A stretch of 64,000 nucleotides of DNA from Mobula hypostoma. Lineage: Eukaryota. The notes under the pieces were generated by a model that was not told the origin of the DNA, made no database searches, and worked only from the letters and a program-made list of their open reading frames with translations. Location of the stretch: contig NC_086108.1 of assembly GCF_963921235.1 (NCBI RefSeq), positions 53,942,001 to 54,006,000 on the forward strand, in the 5' to 3' direction. A program made the position numbers and the translations under genes. Within the stretch, counting starts at the first letter, position 1; every line of letters begins with the position of its first letter. Below are positions 36,545 through 49,340 of the stretch, one piece after another.

Positions 36545-37163
36545 CACAATACATTTATTTGTTATTTTACATGCTTAACATGAAGGACAATCCATATTTA
36601 CAAAGTATAGATAATGCTGTCTTTGAAACTGCATGCAAACTTCACACCTTCACACCAGCAACATCTGGACTGGTATTCCGGTATTCACAGCTTTTAGGAA
36701 ATGCATTGTTACAACTTAAAAATTGTCAATAAACAGAAGACTGGTGGCCAAAGCCATTTGCTACGTGTGAATGACCTAAACCCAAAAATTACTCTAACAC
36801 CAATATTGGTCTACTTGAAATCCTCTGAGTTAACAGTACGCCTATACTGCATTGAGCAACAGACTATCACATAACATTTATTGCTAAGGTACAGAGTCCA
36901 TAGCTGTTATTTATGCTAAGAGGCCTTCAGAACTAGTTCTAGAATGTGAGATCAGTGGTTCTGGGCCCTATGTTGAAATGGGCCCTTCCAGTAAATAATA
37001 CATCAAAACTCATGGTCTATCAAGGGTGGTGATCCCTTATACAAGCTTTGGAGAAATGGACAACCTATAGTTTAGTGTCTAATCTTAACTTTCAAACATC
37101 TGTGCTAATTCTTTCTTTGTACCAGAATTCCTTATTGACCAGAATATTTTTTGCTTCATTAAG

Positions 37164-37256
37164 GTGCTTCCCTTCAACTCTCCTTGAAGTATACAGAAGA
37201 GTACAAGTCAGTCCCTCCTACTATCACTTTCAATACAATTCCATTTCACCCCAATG
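37164..37256 (+). CDS. UBE2U: UBE2U-like coding exon 3 (GASLQLSLKYTEEYKSVPPTITFNTIPFHPN)
   Basis: cattaag| ... g|GTAAG, 93 nt, phase 1 to 1; PP and HPN motifs of E2 enzymes. Confidence 0.93.
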
Positions 37257-37685
37257 GTAAGTATCTGAAAATATTCCTGTAAGAACAAGGTATTGTCAGC
37301 AGTTTTCTCCAAATAACTCCATAAAGTTACTGAACAAATATAAGTTTTGAGAATAGCATTGGAAATTGCAGAGATAGTTGAAGACTGAGGTAATTAAATA
37401 CTTCATTGTGCAGAAGAAATGGAAGCTGGGAGGAGAAGGAAACATTGCTAGTGGAGACTAGAAGGATTTTGTGGAGTGCAGTTGTTCTGCAATGTGTGAT
37501 TTCATCAATAACAGTGAAGCACATAATTGAGTTTAAGTACTTTTAGTGAAGCAGATAAGTATGTAAGTAAGCCAATGGGAGAACTTGGTAAGATTGTCAT
37601 ATAATCTGTTCATGCATTGTGATTTCTTAATTTTTTAATGATTTATGTAAAATTCAGTGATTGTACTCATTTCTTTGTCTCCTAG

Positions 37686-37783
37686 TTGATGCAATCACAG
37701 GCAAGCCATGTGTCTACTTTCTAGATAATCCCAGGAAAGGGGATGAACATTACTCCTTGACAACCATCCTTCTTAGCATTCAG
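37686..37783 (+). CDS. UBE2U: UBE2U-like coding exon 4 with catalytic Cys (VDAITGKPCVYFLDNPRKGDEHYSLTTILLSIQ)
   Basis: ctcctag| ... cag|GTAGG, 98 nt, phase 1 to 0; TGT (Cys) at 37709-37711 in a UBE2U-like 'TG-PC--FLDNP' context. Confidence 0.92.
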
Positions 37784-37950
37784 GTAGGAGTGTAGTTAGA
37801 TGAGATCTCACCACTAACTCAGTTATTAAACTATAAGCATGAAACTGAGTCATACTAACCAGATAGGATTCAGCGTCTGTTACTTTTCTATATAGATACC
37901 AGCCAGGAACACAACTAGCCTCAGTATTAGAAACCCTATATTCTGCTCAA

Positions 37951-38047
37951 TAACACATACAAAATGCTGGAGGAATTCAGCAGGTCAGGCAGCATCTATG
38001 AAAAGGAATAAACAGCTGATGTATTGAGCCAAGACTGTTCATCGGGT
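37951..38047 (-). mobile_element. Decayed mini PLE pLTR fragment
   Basis: aacacatacaaaatgctggaggaattcagcaggtcaggcagcatct..., ending at a decayed hammerhead core. Confidence 0.65.
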
Positions 38048-38499
38048 GGGATGAAATTTATTGTTAGGATACAGTCACAAAATATTATTAGCATAAGTCC
38101 CTGAGTGGCATGGCCTGAAGATTGATGGTGTATAGGATGTTGTGCTGGAATTATGCTGCTGCAAGAACAAGCATGCAGTTCCTCTTCTCCCACAACCTCA
38201 GACAAAGGTTTTCCAGGGAGCAACACTGACAGGAGGGCCAGCCCCTAACCCACCACGGATTCAAGTGTACCTGGTGTGCCTCTGTTCTCTCTGGCACCTC
38301 CTCCCCTGGGGTGGCTGTAACATGTGACATCAGGACATGAGGGCCTGGTCTACACAACAACCTGGTCCATACAACTCCCCCACCATCGGTCTCTCCAATG
38401 AACCAATGAACAGCACTTGCAGTACTTTGTTTTACCTATGTCTATCAGGGTCTTACATTGACAAGAAAAGCATTTAAGACCAGCATTTACACCTTTTAT

Positions 38500-40090
38500 T
38501 GGACCCAGAGAGTTACTTGCAAAGCAGTGGTCCTAGTACTGACCCTTGGGGAATAGCATACTCCAGTCTGACAAGTAGTCATATTCTATGACATACTGTC
38601 TTAAGCTATTTTTTCCTCAATTCTTACATTAACCCTTCTTTCATGAGCCTCAGTTTTATTAAGCAGTCATTTATATACTTCCCCAAAGACCATAAAAGCA
38701 GCATAAAATCTAAAAAGACAACATCTACCGTATTCCCTTTGTCAATCTTCTCTGCTGCCTCATCTAAAAATTCTAGTAATTATTCAAATATGATCTACTT
38801 TAGATAAATTTGTACCAACTTTCCTTCAGTAACCCAAATCTCTGCAGGTACCTGATAACTTTTATTCCCTGATTATTGTTTCTGAAAACATTCCCATTGC
38901 CAGTGTTAAGCTAATTGGCCTATAGTTACAACATGTGCTCTCAAACAAAGGTGTCACATTTCCCACTTTCCAATCCTCTGGCACTTTGCCTGTATCTGTG
39001 GAGATTTTTATGATTATGCTAAGACCTTCAAATATTCTGATCTCTTCCTAAACTGTAATGCAAGCCATTTTCAACAAGGCAGTGTTTCCACTGTAAAATA
39101 GACTGACCATTACAGCACATCCTAGCTATGTTTTTACCCCATCTATTTCTTCTATCACCTCTACCTCCTCTTACTTGGTTAACACCTATACAAATTACTC
39201 ATTAATGTTCTAGCTTTGTCCTGCACCTCTTCTCACCCCATTCTTTACTATCCTCTTGTTTGTTCCCTGACACTGGAACATCTTTTGATTCCTTTTTATT
39301 TTAACTACCATTCTATTTCCTGACGAAGGGTCTCGGCCTGAAACGTCGACTGCACCTCTTCCTAGAGATGCTGCCTGGCCTGCTGCGTTCACCAGCAACT
39401 TTTATGTGTGTTGATTCTATTTGCATATTCTCTTTGTCCTCTGTGAATGTTCTTCACTTCTCCTTTCACTTGAGGAGTTAAACTGACATACATAATACGT
39501 ATTTTTCTGACCAAACCCACCTACCTTCCCCAGTCAGTACATAGAACTCAATTTCCTTCTTTGTATCCATGTGCACTTAGTCCTCACCATTTTAATATAA
39601 TGTTTCTATTATTGCCACATCACATTCCTGTAAGGCTATTTGTGCTTGTACTCACCAAACTTATTCACCAGATTGTGTATTTACATACATACACTCTAAA
39701 CCTACAGTCCTTCATAGTCTGCTCTTAGCTAAATGGCACTGCCTCATATTTAGTACTGTTCCACACTCTCATTTCCTTATTACCTTTGTTTCTATATATC
39801 ACCCCCATTGCCAATTTAGATTAAATCTACATTTACACCTGTGAACCTGAGGACATTGGTCCCAGTATTACTGAGGTACAAACTGTCCTTTTGTGTATCT
39901 GCTTCCTGACCTAAACTGGTCCCAGTGATTGATAAATCTGAAACTCTGTCTCCTGCCCCAAGTCTTAAGCCATGTATGGATTAGCCTTATCTTCCTTTTA
40001 CTATTTTTTTTTGGCATAGCAGTGGCAAGAATTCCTAAATAGCTACTCCCTTTGAGGTACTTTTTATCTTCCTCCCAACTCCAGCAAGTC
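38500..40090 (-). mobile_element. Highly degenerate CR1 (RT and ORF1 remnants)
   Basis: PQGSVLGP-like, RPISLT-like and FINHWDQF remnants on the minus strand. Confidence 0.55.
39319..39413 (+). mobile_element. 95-bp mini PLE beginning exactly at the hammerhead core
   Basis: cCTGACGAagggtctcggcctGAAACGTCgactg...gtgtgttg; 9-bp TSD attctattt at 39310-18 and 39414-22. Confidence 0.85.
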
Positions 40091-40101
40091 TGACCAAAGG
40101 A

Positions 40102-40970
40102 TTTCAAAGTTCAAAGTAAATTTATTATCAAAGTGCATATATGTCTCCATATACAATTCTGAGATTCATTTTCTTGCAGCGATACTCAATTCATCCATAG
40201 AATAATAACCATAACAGAATCAATGAAAGGTCCCAATGAAGGGTCTCAGCCTGAAACATCAGCTGCTTACTCTTTTCCATAGATGCCACCTGGCCTGCTG
40301 AGTTCCTCCGCCATTTTATGTGGGTTGCTTGGATTTCCAGCATCTGCAGATTTTCTCTTGTTTGTGAAAGACTGCACTAATTTGGGCATTTAACCATGTA
40401 CTGTACCGAAGTCAAAAAACTGTGCAAATACAAGGAGAAAGAAATAATAATTATGATAATAAATAAATAAGCAATAAATATCAAGAACATGAGATAGTGA
40501 GTCCATAGGTTGTGGAAACATTTCATTGATTGGATAAGTGAAGTTGAGTGAAGTTATCCCCTTTGGTTCAAGAGCCTGTTGGTTGAGGGGTATTAACTCC
40601 TTGAACCTGGTAGTGTGAGTTCTGACGCTCCTGTATCACCTTCCTGATGGCAGCAGTGAGAAGAGAGCATGTCCTGGTTGGTGAGGTTCCCGTTGATGGA
40701 TGCTCTTTTCCTGCGACAGCATTTCATATAGATGTTGTCAATGGTTGGGAGGGCTTTACTGTGATCGACTGGGTCAGTATCCACTACTTTTTGTGGACTT
40801 TTCATTCAAGGCCATTGGTGTTTCCATACCAGGCTGTGATGCGGCCAGTCAATATACTCTCCACTGCACATCTATAGAAGTTTTTCAAAGTCTTAGATGT
40901 CATGCTGATTCTTTGCAACCTCCTAAGGAAGTAGAGACATTGCTGTGCTTTCTTCATAACTGCACTTATG
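40102..40970 (-). mobile_element. Rex1/Babar-type LINE 3' fragment containing a mini PLE (40230-40364, +)
   Basis: KKAQQCLYFLRRL...NFYRCAVESILTG (40802-41038 -); tail ttcaaagttcaaag; PLE flanked by tgaaag duplication. Confidence 0.8.
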
Positions 40971-41088
40971 TATATATACTCTGCTGTATCATTAGTATAA
41001 AAGTCTGTCTCATGTCCAGGACCTGCAGAGTATTCCATATCCTCTGTGATGTCCTTTACCCTGACACCAAGCAGGACTCCAAGTTATT

Positions 41089-41310
41089 TTATTTTATTTT
41101 ATTTTAATTAGAGATACCGTACAGCGTTGAACAGGCCCTTCCAGCCCAAGGAGCCATACTGCCCGGTAACCAACCTATTTAACCCTAGTCTAATCACAGG
41201 ACAATTTACAATGATCAATTCATCTACTAACTGGTAGTCTTTGGAATGTGGGAGTAAGCTGGAGTACCCAAAAGAAACCCACGCATCCATGGAGAGGACG
41301 TACAAAATGG
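41089..41310 (-). mobile_element. tRNA-derived SINE fragment (V-SINE/HE1-like)
   Basis: Central domain plus (AAAAT)n tail. Confidence 0.7.
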
Positions 41311-42499
41311 TTGTAGAAATTCCTCTTCAGCTGCTTTTTTACACTTTGCTCTTCCTACTTGTTTTGTCTCTAGCCCTTTAGTGCAGTGACTCTGCACAAT
41401 ATTCCTTGAAATATTATCATCTCCAATTTGATAGTGGCACACACATTCTACACATTTTGTCTCTTCCTGCTGCTCCTTCTTTTAGCTTGCTTCATTAGCA
41501 GATATCAAGTGTTTATTAAAATGCCTTCATTTTTATAAATGCAGCCATATCTGCGCTATACCTTGTAGCATTTTATGACCTTGTCTAAATTCGTTGTCTT
41601 TATTTGCTTTTTACTACTGTTACCTATTATCTCTGTATTCGAATAAGATGTAATCACCTATGATTCCAGCAGAGGGAGCCATTGTCTGATTTGCAAATCC
41701 AAAAGACCAGCCTGCTCCCTGAAATATTCTTATTTCTTTTCTCTTTCCAACATACATTTTTGATGGGTCAGGACTTCAAACCATGTCATACTTTTTATTG
41801 GAAAGATATCCATTATTTTTAATTCACTTTTTTGAGTGGACTTTGTCAGAAATCCAGCATTTAATAACCATTTTTAACCGCCCTTTGGAAGGTGGTGATG
41901 AGCTGCCCTCTTGAACTGCTGCACACTTACACATTACTAATAGGCAAGGAGTTCCAGGACTGTGATCCAGTTACGATGAATGACTAGAATGTATTCCCAG
42001 GTCAGAATGGTGTGTGATTTGAAAGGTAATCTGCAGGTAGAATGTTTTCGTATATCTGCTGCCCTTGTCCTTGGCGATAGAAATCACGGGTTTGGGAGAT
42101 GCCACCAGAATACCATTTATAGATGGTCCCTCTTGCAGCCACTATACAGCAGTGATGAAGGGAATGAATGCCTAGGGATGCCAATCTCATGGGTTACTTT
42201 GTCATTTATACAGAATATTACATCACAGTCCTGGTAATGCTCACGTAGCCTCTTTCGCTCATTTTGGGATATAACAAGTCATTAGGGAAATATTATTTTC
42301 TTTCATTCTTACTTTCCTTTTTCAGTCTTTTCACATTTCTCCCTTCACTTTTCTACTGACAGCATTAACAAATACTTTAATATAGTTGCAGTTACCAAAG
42401 TACTGTAACTCTTCTGGTAACATGAACATCTGAATGTCTACAGAATTGCCCTGTCAATACCAATTTTTTTCTTCAAGCATTATATATGCTTGCACTTCC

Positions 42500-42787
42500 C
42501 ATTTTTAAAAAAATTATTGAGGTGCAGTGCGGAACAGGCCCTCTCGGCCCTTCGAGCCACACCGCCCAGCAACCCCCGATTCAACCCTGGCCTAGTCACG
42601 GGACAATTTACAATGACCAGTTAGACTACTGACTGTTTCATCTTTGGACTGTGGGAGGAAACTGGAGCACCCGGAAGAAACCCATGTGATCACAGGAAGT
42701 ATGTAAAAACTCCTTATAGACAGTGGCGGGAATCGAACCTAGGTCGCTGGTACTGTAAACGTTGGGCTAACCACTATGCTACTGTGA
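42500..42787 (-). mobile_element. tRNA-derived SINE (V-SINE/HE1-like), well preserved
   Basis: On the minus strand: A box TAGCATAGTGG, B box GGTTCGATTCC, central domain gggtttcttccgggtgctccagtttcctcccaca, 3' gaagggcc..gggcctgttcc. Confidence 0.8.
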
Positions 42788-42967
42788 ATAAATAAAAATA
42801 AGTTTAACTTAGATTGGGTTGAAAGCTCAGTTTTCAAGCTAGCAGAATGAGGACTAGACTGAGATAAATCAACTCCCTTGGAATTTTAATTAGTCTGGCA
42901 GCTTCTTTCTGAAATTCTTAATTATGGGAAGCTTTATTCCAAGTTGTGCTGTAACCCTCCCAATTAG

Positions 42968-43097
42968 GTGATGTTGTCCAACCCAGTACTGGAAAATCCA
43001 GTCAATATGGAGGCTGCCAAGATGTTAAAGGAGAATCCACCAAGATATCGAGAAATGGTTTTGGAATGTGTCAGAACCTGCAGGCAGCTCAAAGCGA
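42968..43097 (+). CDS. UBE2U: UBE2U-like coding exon 5 (VMLSNPVLENPVNMEAAKMLKENPPRYREMVLECVRTCRQLKA)
   Basis: caattag| acceptor; VMLSNPVLENPVN-EAA is characteristic of UBE2U; donor gcga|GTAAGA (phase 1) chosen to fit the next exon. Confidence 0.88.
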
Positions 43098-43109
43098 GTA
43101 AGATCAAAT

Positions 43110-43655
43110 AATTCAAAGTTCAAAATAACATTTATATAAGCACATACATGTAACAATATACTACCTTTAGATTTATTTTCTTGCTGGCATTTAGAGGAAA
43201 ATAAAGAAATACAATAGAATTTATGAAAAGCTATATAAACAAAGTCTGACAAACAACCAATGTGCAAAAGAAAATAAATTATGCAAACAAAATGTAATAC
43301 TGAGAAAATAAGTTGTAAAGAGTCCCTGAATGTGAGGCTGTAGGTTGAAGAATCAGTTCATAGTTGTGGTGAGTGAAGGTATCATGTTGATTTAGGAGTC
43401 TGATGGTTGTAGGGTAATAACAGTTCTGAGCCTGGTGGTGTGGAACCTAAGGCTTCTGCACCTCCTGCTTGATGATAGTAGCGAGAAGAAAGCATGGTGT
43501 GGATGGTGGGAGATCTTTGATGATGGATGCTACTTTCTTGTGGCAGCACTCCATATAAATGTGCTCAATAGTTGGGAGGGCTTTGCCTGTAATGGTCTGG
43601 CTGTATCCACCATTTTCTGTAATCTTTTCCATTCCTTAGTGTTGATATTTCCATA
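43110..43655 (-). mobile_element. Rex1/Babar-type LINE 3' fragment
   Basis: ITGKALPTIEHIY..ASIIKD; same ttcaaagttcaa tail family. Confidence 0.75.
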
Positions 43656-44281
43656 CGAGAAAATGGCTTACCAGATCTGGTTTCCACAACTTTGGGGTTG
43701 CGAGGATGGAAAATCGTCCATCATTCAGGATATCCCTATTTGAGCGCTGTCCAATGACAGTCTGAAAAAGTAACAGTTATGTAGCTACTATTGGGGACAC
43801 CGCACCCCACCCCATTCAGTAAAATGGGTGTCAACGCTCATGTTTAGAATCCCAGTGTTTCTGGCCATTTTGAAAGCTAATTTGACAAACACTATAGAGC
43901 TGGAAGTGCTTATGTCAGAATAACCCTCAGTAAATTAGAAGAAAATGGGATGAAATAAAGAGAAGTGGTGAAGAATGCAAACAACTATAAATTACATAGA
44001 TCAAATGTGTGTGTGTTTTGAAAATAATTTATGCAGATCAAAGATTTTTACCCAATAGAATATGTTCATGCTGCATTTGGCAGTCATTGGTTTACGTTCT
44101 GTAATCTGCATGCTTCACATTTAGGATGCTGCGGGGATGGTAATTTCTTTGAAGATTCTAACCTGGCAGCTAAATTTGGTAATGCTAGCTGGAGATTTGA
44201 GGAAACAGGAAATAAAATGTGACAATGTTATTCTTTGTCTGGATGGTAGAGTCTCTCAAGTTTGTTTATGATCCTCAACAG

Positions 44282-44354
44282 CTGGAGTGAACTTCGCAGT
44301 TGAATGTTTTCCTGTGGCTCACTTTCAAAGCCAAACTTACAGCAAACCGCGGAG
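44282..44354 (+). CDS. UBE2U: UBE2U-like coding exon 6 (TGVNFAVECFPVAHFQSQTYSKPRR)
   Basis: cctcaacag| ... ag|GTGAGT, 73 nt, phase 1 to 2, open; the only candidate found that bridges exons 5 and 7 in frame. Confidence 0.7.
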
Positions 44355-46619
44355 GTGAGTAGATAAATGGAACCAGGTATAAGCAATGAGTATTCAGATA
44401 TTCAAGACACACACAACAAAGTTTTTTTGTAAATGCAATATATTGTTTGAAGTGGCAACACATGTTACATTTTCTCTCAGTCACCAAATACTTCCTCACT
44501 TAGCATCTCCATGCTGTCAAATCCTCTTGGCTTTTAAACTTACTGAAGATCTTCCTCTGCAGTAGAGATCTCTTTACCACCTATTTTGATAAACTCAGTA
44601 TTTTTGAATTTCCAGATTTTTTAAACATGAAAAGTCAGCAGGAAAATGAAAGGCGAATTCTGAAAAATCAGCAGAGAAACAGTTCTTATTTTGAACAACA
44701 GTGAAAATCTAGGAAAATATGAGGGTATCAGTGAAAGCAGATGTGTTACCAGGAAATGAGAAGCAGGTCAACATGATGGAATATTTCAGAATGGAGTCAA
44801 ATAATTATAGACAGCAACAGAATTGTGCAAAATATTGAAATTAATTATTAAAATAAATAACAACATCTGTGCAAAATGACCTAGTTTTCATAACTCAGAA
44901 TGTCCAAATTCTTTGGACTGCTTGAGGTATGATAAGCCCTGTAGAATGTAATGGACTTAACTAGATTCCTAAAATTTGGTGTACCTCAATAGGCAAATTC
45001 AAAACTTACATTTGAGATAAACCTGACAGAAAAAAATGGCCAAAGTCTATGAAGAACAACTACTTTTAGAGGAGTTATGTGGGGTTTTTTTTGTGTCAGA
45101 GAGAGATGGAGTCTGATTAAAGTGGTTAGTGTCAGTATGACTTTTAAACGTTTACTATGAACGTTTGTATATTCAGAAACAGATGAAATTAATTTCACTG
45201 TTGATATAAAACTAGGAAAGACAATGAAATCTAGTCAGAAATCAGAGAATGTGCAGACTAGATGTGCAAGTGGGTAAAGAACAGCAGATGAAACCATGCA
45301 GATTGTAAAAACAATTGAGATGAATACTTGCTAATAAGTGTTGAAGTTGTCTAAATTGAAACAGAATCAGGCTTCAGAATTTAGGGACAATGCCAGACAG
45401 GTCTTGCCAATGGAAAGCAGCAGTCAGCAAAGTCAATGGGAATATTGTGGTGTATTGCCAAAACAGTACAATTGAAGGGATAAACAGCTATACCTCTCTG
45501 GGTTGAACATAGAGAATGGGTTTGCTTCGAGAATGCCCAAGATCATTAGAAAGACATTTACTGAATTTTGGCAATTCAACCATTAATGAAAACCTGATGG
45601 TCTTCAAATGGCCAGGCGTAAATGACTGCACTAATATGACAACATGCCATAGATGTAAGAATAATTAATTGGTATTAGCAGCTATATAGTATGTCAAAAA
45701 TATTTCTTCCAAATGATTGTGGATAACTTGAACCCAATGGCTTTCATGGATTGATGCAATCCATTCCATGCTACTGAAGTGTAACCATTGGTTAAACATC
45801 CATGAAGTATAATTTCTGAGTCCTGAAAGTAGGTCTTCAACAACATGATTTCAATCAAATAGAAGGATTTTTATGAGACTGGAGCCAGAAGATTCAATGG
45901 ACATTTGGTTGTGTCTTATTTTTTCTCCTTAAGACTTTCAGTTCTGTTGATTTATAACTTTCCTTTATTTCTTGCCAAAAGATATATATTCATTAACCAT
46001 CAAAAACTTTCCTTCAGATATCATAGTGTAATTTCCAGAGATGGGGAATATTTTGGACAACCCATCTTTGGAATTTAGGTACATTTCACAGTACTTCTAT
46101 GGTGTTTGGAAGTTGCTGTTTGACTGCTTTAATTATGCTGTTAATTATACTGGAAAATCCAGCACATTGTTAATCAAATATTCAGCTGCTTCACTTCAGA
46201 AAAGTATGAAGAAATGACTTTTTCATCATTTACACATGATCACAATTTATTTATTTTTAAATATGTATGGTATTTATTTAAATTTTCTTTGATTTCAGTA
46301 TCTATCCTTTAGTAGTCTTCTAAGAACGAAACACCTGGGTGACCAGCATAATCTTATCTTAACATGTGATCTCATCTTCAGAAAAACACTGGAAAGTGCT
46401 TCCATGTGTTTGTTATAAATAATGATCAATAGGTTTTCCTTAAATATCTCAGATTTCAGTAAATGCTGAGCATTAGCAGACCTTCAGGTTCTTACTGCAT
46501 TCTTCTCTTCCATCTAAATCGTTGCTTCAGGTTATTTGTGATCCAAAGGAAATCAAAGGGAAACTTACAGAAAAATAATCATTTTATGTGTGTGATTAGC
46601 TATTGGAGGAAGGTGTGTG

Positions 46620-47210
46620 TGTGCGCTCAACATGATGTTGGTGAGGCCACATTTGGAATATTGTGTTCAGATTTGGTGTCCAAGTTATAGGAAAAATGCT
46701 ATTAAGATAAAAAAATAAGTTAGAGCAGCTTTACAAGGATGTTGCTGGGACTTGAAGGACTGAGTTATGGAGATAGGTTATGTAGGTTGGAGAATAGAAT
46801 AAGGAGTGATCTTGCAGAGGTGAAATTAAAATTGAAAAGCCTATTATTTGTCCATGCTGCCCAAGACTCCTACCTAAGCTGAGGGTATAGGGTGAATGTG
46901 CACAGTCTTTTTCCCAGAGATGGAGAATGAAGAACTACAAGACAGGTTTAGGGTTGAGAGGGTAGAGATTTAGAAGAAACCTGAGTGGCAACATTTTCAT
47001 CCAGAGGGTGGTCAGTATATGGAACAAGCTGCCAGAGGCACATCCATTAACAACATTCAAAATGTACTTGAACATATATGTATATAGGAAAGCTTTAGAG
47101 GGCTATGGGCCAAACACCAGCAAATGGAAACAGTTTAGATGGGAATCTTGGTCAGAATTGACCAGTTAGGCTGAGGAACCTGTTTCTATGTGGTATGACC
47201 CTATGATTAT
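46620..47210 (+). mobile_element. Degenerate CR1 3' fragment
   Basis: LVRPHLEYCVQ, FTRMLLGL motifs; CR1 tail. Confidence 0.75.
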
Positions 47211-48554
47211 TTTTGAAATCCACTCAATCTTGAACTTGCTGTTTTTGAGACTTCCAGTGTGTGCAAGCTTTTAAATGCAATGTGCACAAGACATTAATAT
47301 TATTGATCAGGGAAGCCAATTCTGCTGGTATTGGTTGGGAGGCCAGTCATGGTTTTGTTCAAATTCAAAATTATACAATTTTCACTTTTTAATTTTACTA
47401 CTATTTCACTAATGTCAGCCAGATCACGGAGACAGTAAAGAGACATTTTAAAAATCAAAATACACACCAATCAAATATACCCATTATCTAATTAAAACAA
47501 GAATTTGTGAGCGATCTTAAAGTGGTCAAAGTAGCAAACCAGAGGCAGATGAAGGAGTTGTGGGAGAGACACAAAGAAGAGAAAGGCTGTGGGGATAAAG
47601 ATTTAAAGCATTACTTTCTTTTCGGTGAAGGATCTGCCAGTCTGTTCTTATTTTTTTGGCATGAACATGCAGAACCAACTTTTCTACATCCCAAATTATA
47701 CTGTTACAGGATTTAGCTTACTCCTGAATGGTCACAATGCAGTCATATTTTCCTGTTGTGCTTTAAAAATTAAAATTACAGCTTCTCTAATCACACAGGC
47801 GAAGAACAGTGCAATGTGGAACTGAGATATGCAGATCCAGAAGTTTAATCTATGCAAGTAGCAATCATCAAGGAGTTGGGTTTTGTCCAATTTTTCCTTT
47901 CTTCTGGAACCGTTTCTGTTCTTGCAAAGTTCTGCATACCTACTGCCATTCACAATCTTCTATATAGCAGTTAAAAAAAATAGAAAATTTAGATTTCATC
48001 CTCAGAACTCTTCATGGATTTTTGGATTCCTCAGTCCACTCTCAATTCCTCTGACTGTATACATTTGACCGTTTTTTTGTTTCTTACATTCTCACTGAAG
48101 TATTTTCATAACCACTTTTGTCTTTCTCAAAAATCTTCCAAGAAATATCTCTAATGGTATCCATTGAAGACTTTGACTTGGTGTATAGGGTTTTGCATAA
48201 GGATAGATTGTTGGAGTGCTACTGGTGATTGTAAATAAAGAATGCAGAAAAACAAATTGTTGATCAACAAAGGGATCTGGGTGTCACTTACGCACTGAAG
48301 GCAATCATGCAGGTGCAGCATTTAAGGTACATACTGTAAGTTGTATGCTGCCTTTTTGCAAGAGGTTTTGAGTATAAGGATATCATAAAACAACAATGCA
48401 GGGTCTTGGTGGGATCAGACCTGAACTACTATGTGCATTTTAGTCTCCTTACCTCTGAAGGGATATAATTACCATTGAAGGAATATAACAAAAGTTCACC
48501 AGGTTGATTCCTGGGATAGTGAGTCTGTCATGCAAAAAGGTAAACTGGGCCTAT

Positions 48555-49214
48555 ATTAGATTATGAGGACACGCAGTCCTCTTTTATTGTCATTTAGTAT
48601 TGCATGCATTAAGAAATGATACAATGTTCTTCCAGAATGATATCACAGAAACTCAAGACAAACCAAGACTGAAAAAACTGACAAAAACCACATAATTATA
48701 ACATATAGTTACGACAGTGCAAAGCAATACCTTAATTTGATAAAGAACAGACCATGGGCACGGTAAAAAAAAGTCTCAAAATCTCTCAAAAGTCCCATCA
48801 TCTCACACAGATGGTAGAAGGAAGAAAAACTCTCTTCCTGCCATGAGCTTCCAGTGCCGCAAACTTGCCGATGCAGCACCCTGGAAGCACCGGACCACAG
48901 CCGACTTTTGAGTCTGTCCGAAAACTTTGAGCCTCCGACCGGCCCTCCAACACCGAGCACCGAGCGCTTTGACCCCGGCCCAGGCAATAGGCAAAGCCGA
49001 GGATTTGGGACCCCCCCCCCCCCCGGGAGTCTCAATCGCACAGTAGCAGCGGCAGCAAAGCGGGCATTTCAGAAGTTTCTCCAGGTGTTCCTCCGTGCTT
49101 CTCACATCTCTCTCCATCAAATCAGGATTGTGCACGGTACCTACTTACAAATACGATATCATTTCAGAGCGGCCGCATGCACTGCGTCGCACCACCATCT
49201 TCTCCTCCCCTCCC
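48555..49214 (-). mobile_element. Non-autonomous LINE-derived retroelement, copy 2
   Basis: Reverse-complement homolog of 1707-2337 over its whole length, including the hairpin and (TAATC)n tail. Confidence 0.8.
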
Positions 49215-49340
49215 TATTCTCTTGACTTTAGAAGAATGATTGATTTCAATAAAACATATAAAATTCTGATAGAGCTTAACAGAATAGATGGAGGGAGAAC
49301 TTTTTCTTGTCATGGAGATCTAAAACTGGGTTCACAGGAT

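Larger units (their letters stand above)
35771..36799 (-). mobile_element. Solo LTR (TGTT...AACA, 5-bp TSD), interrupted by a PLE
   Basis: CCAAT TSD at 35766-70 and 36800-04; inverted termini; AATAAA on the minus strand at ~35830; ~560 bp after removing the PLE. Confidence 0.75.

Noticed and set aside
44125..44220. Alternative candidate for exon 6
   Set aside because: No good phase-2 donor; 44282-44354 has a consensus donor and the correct phases.
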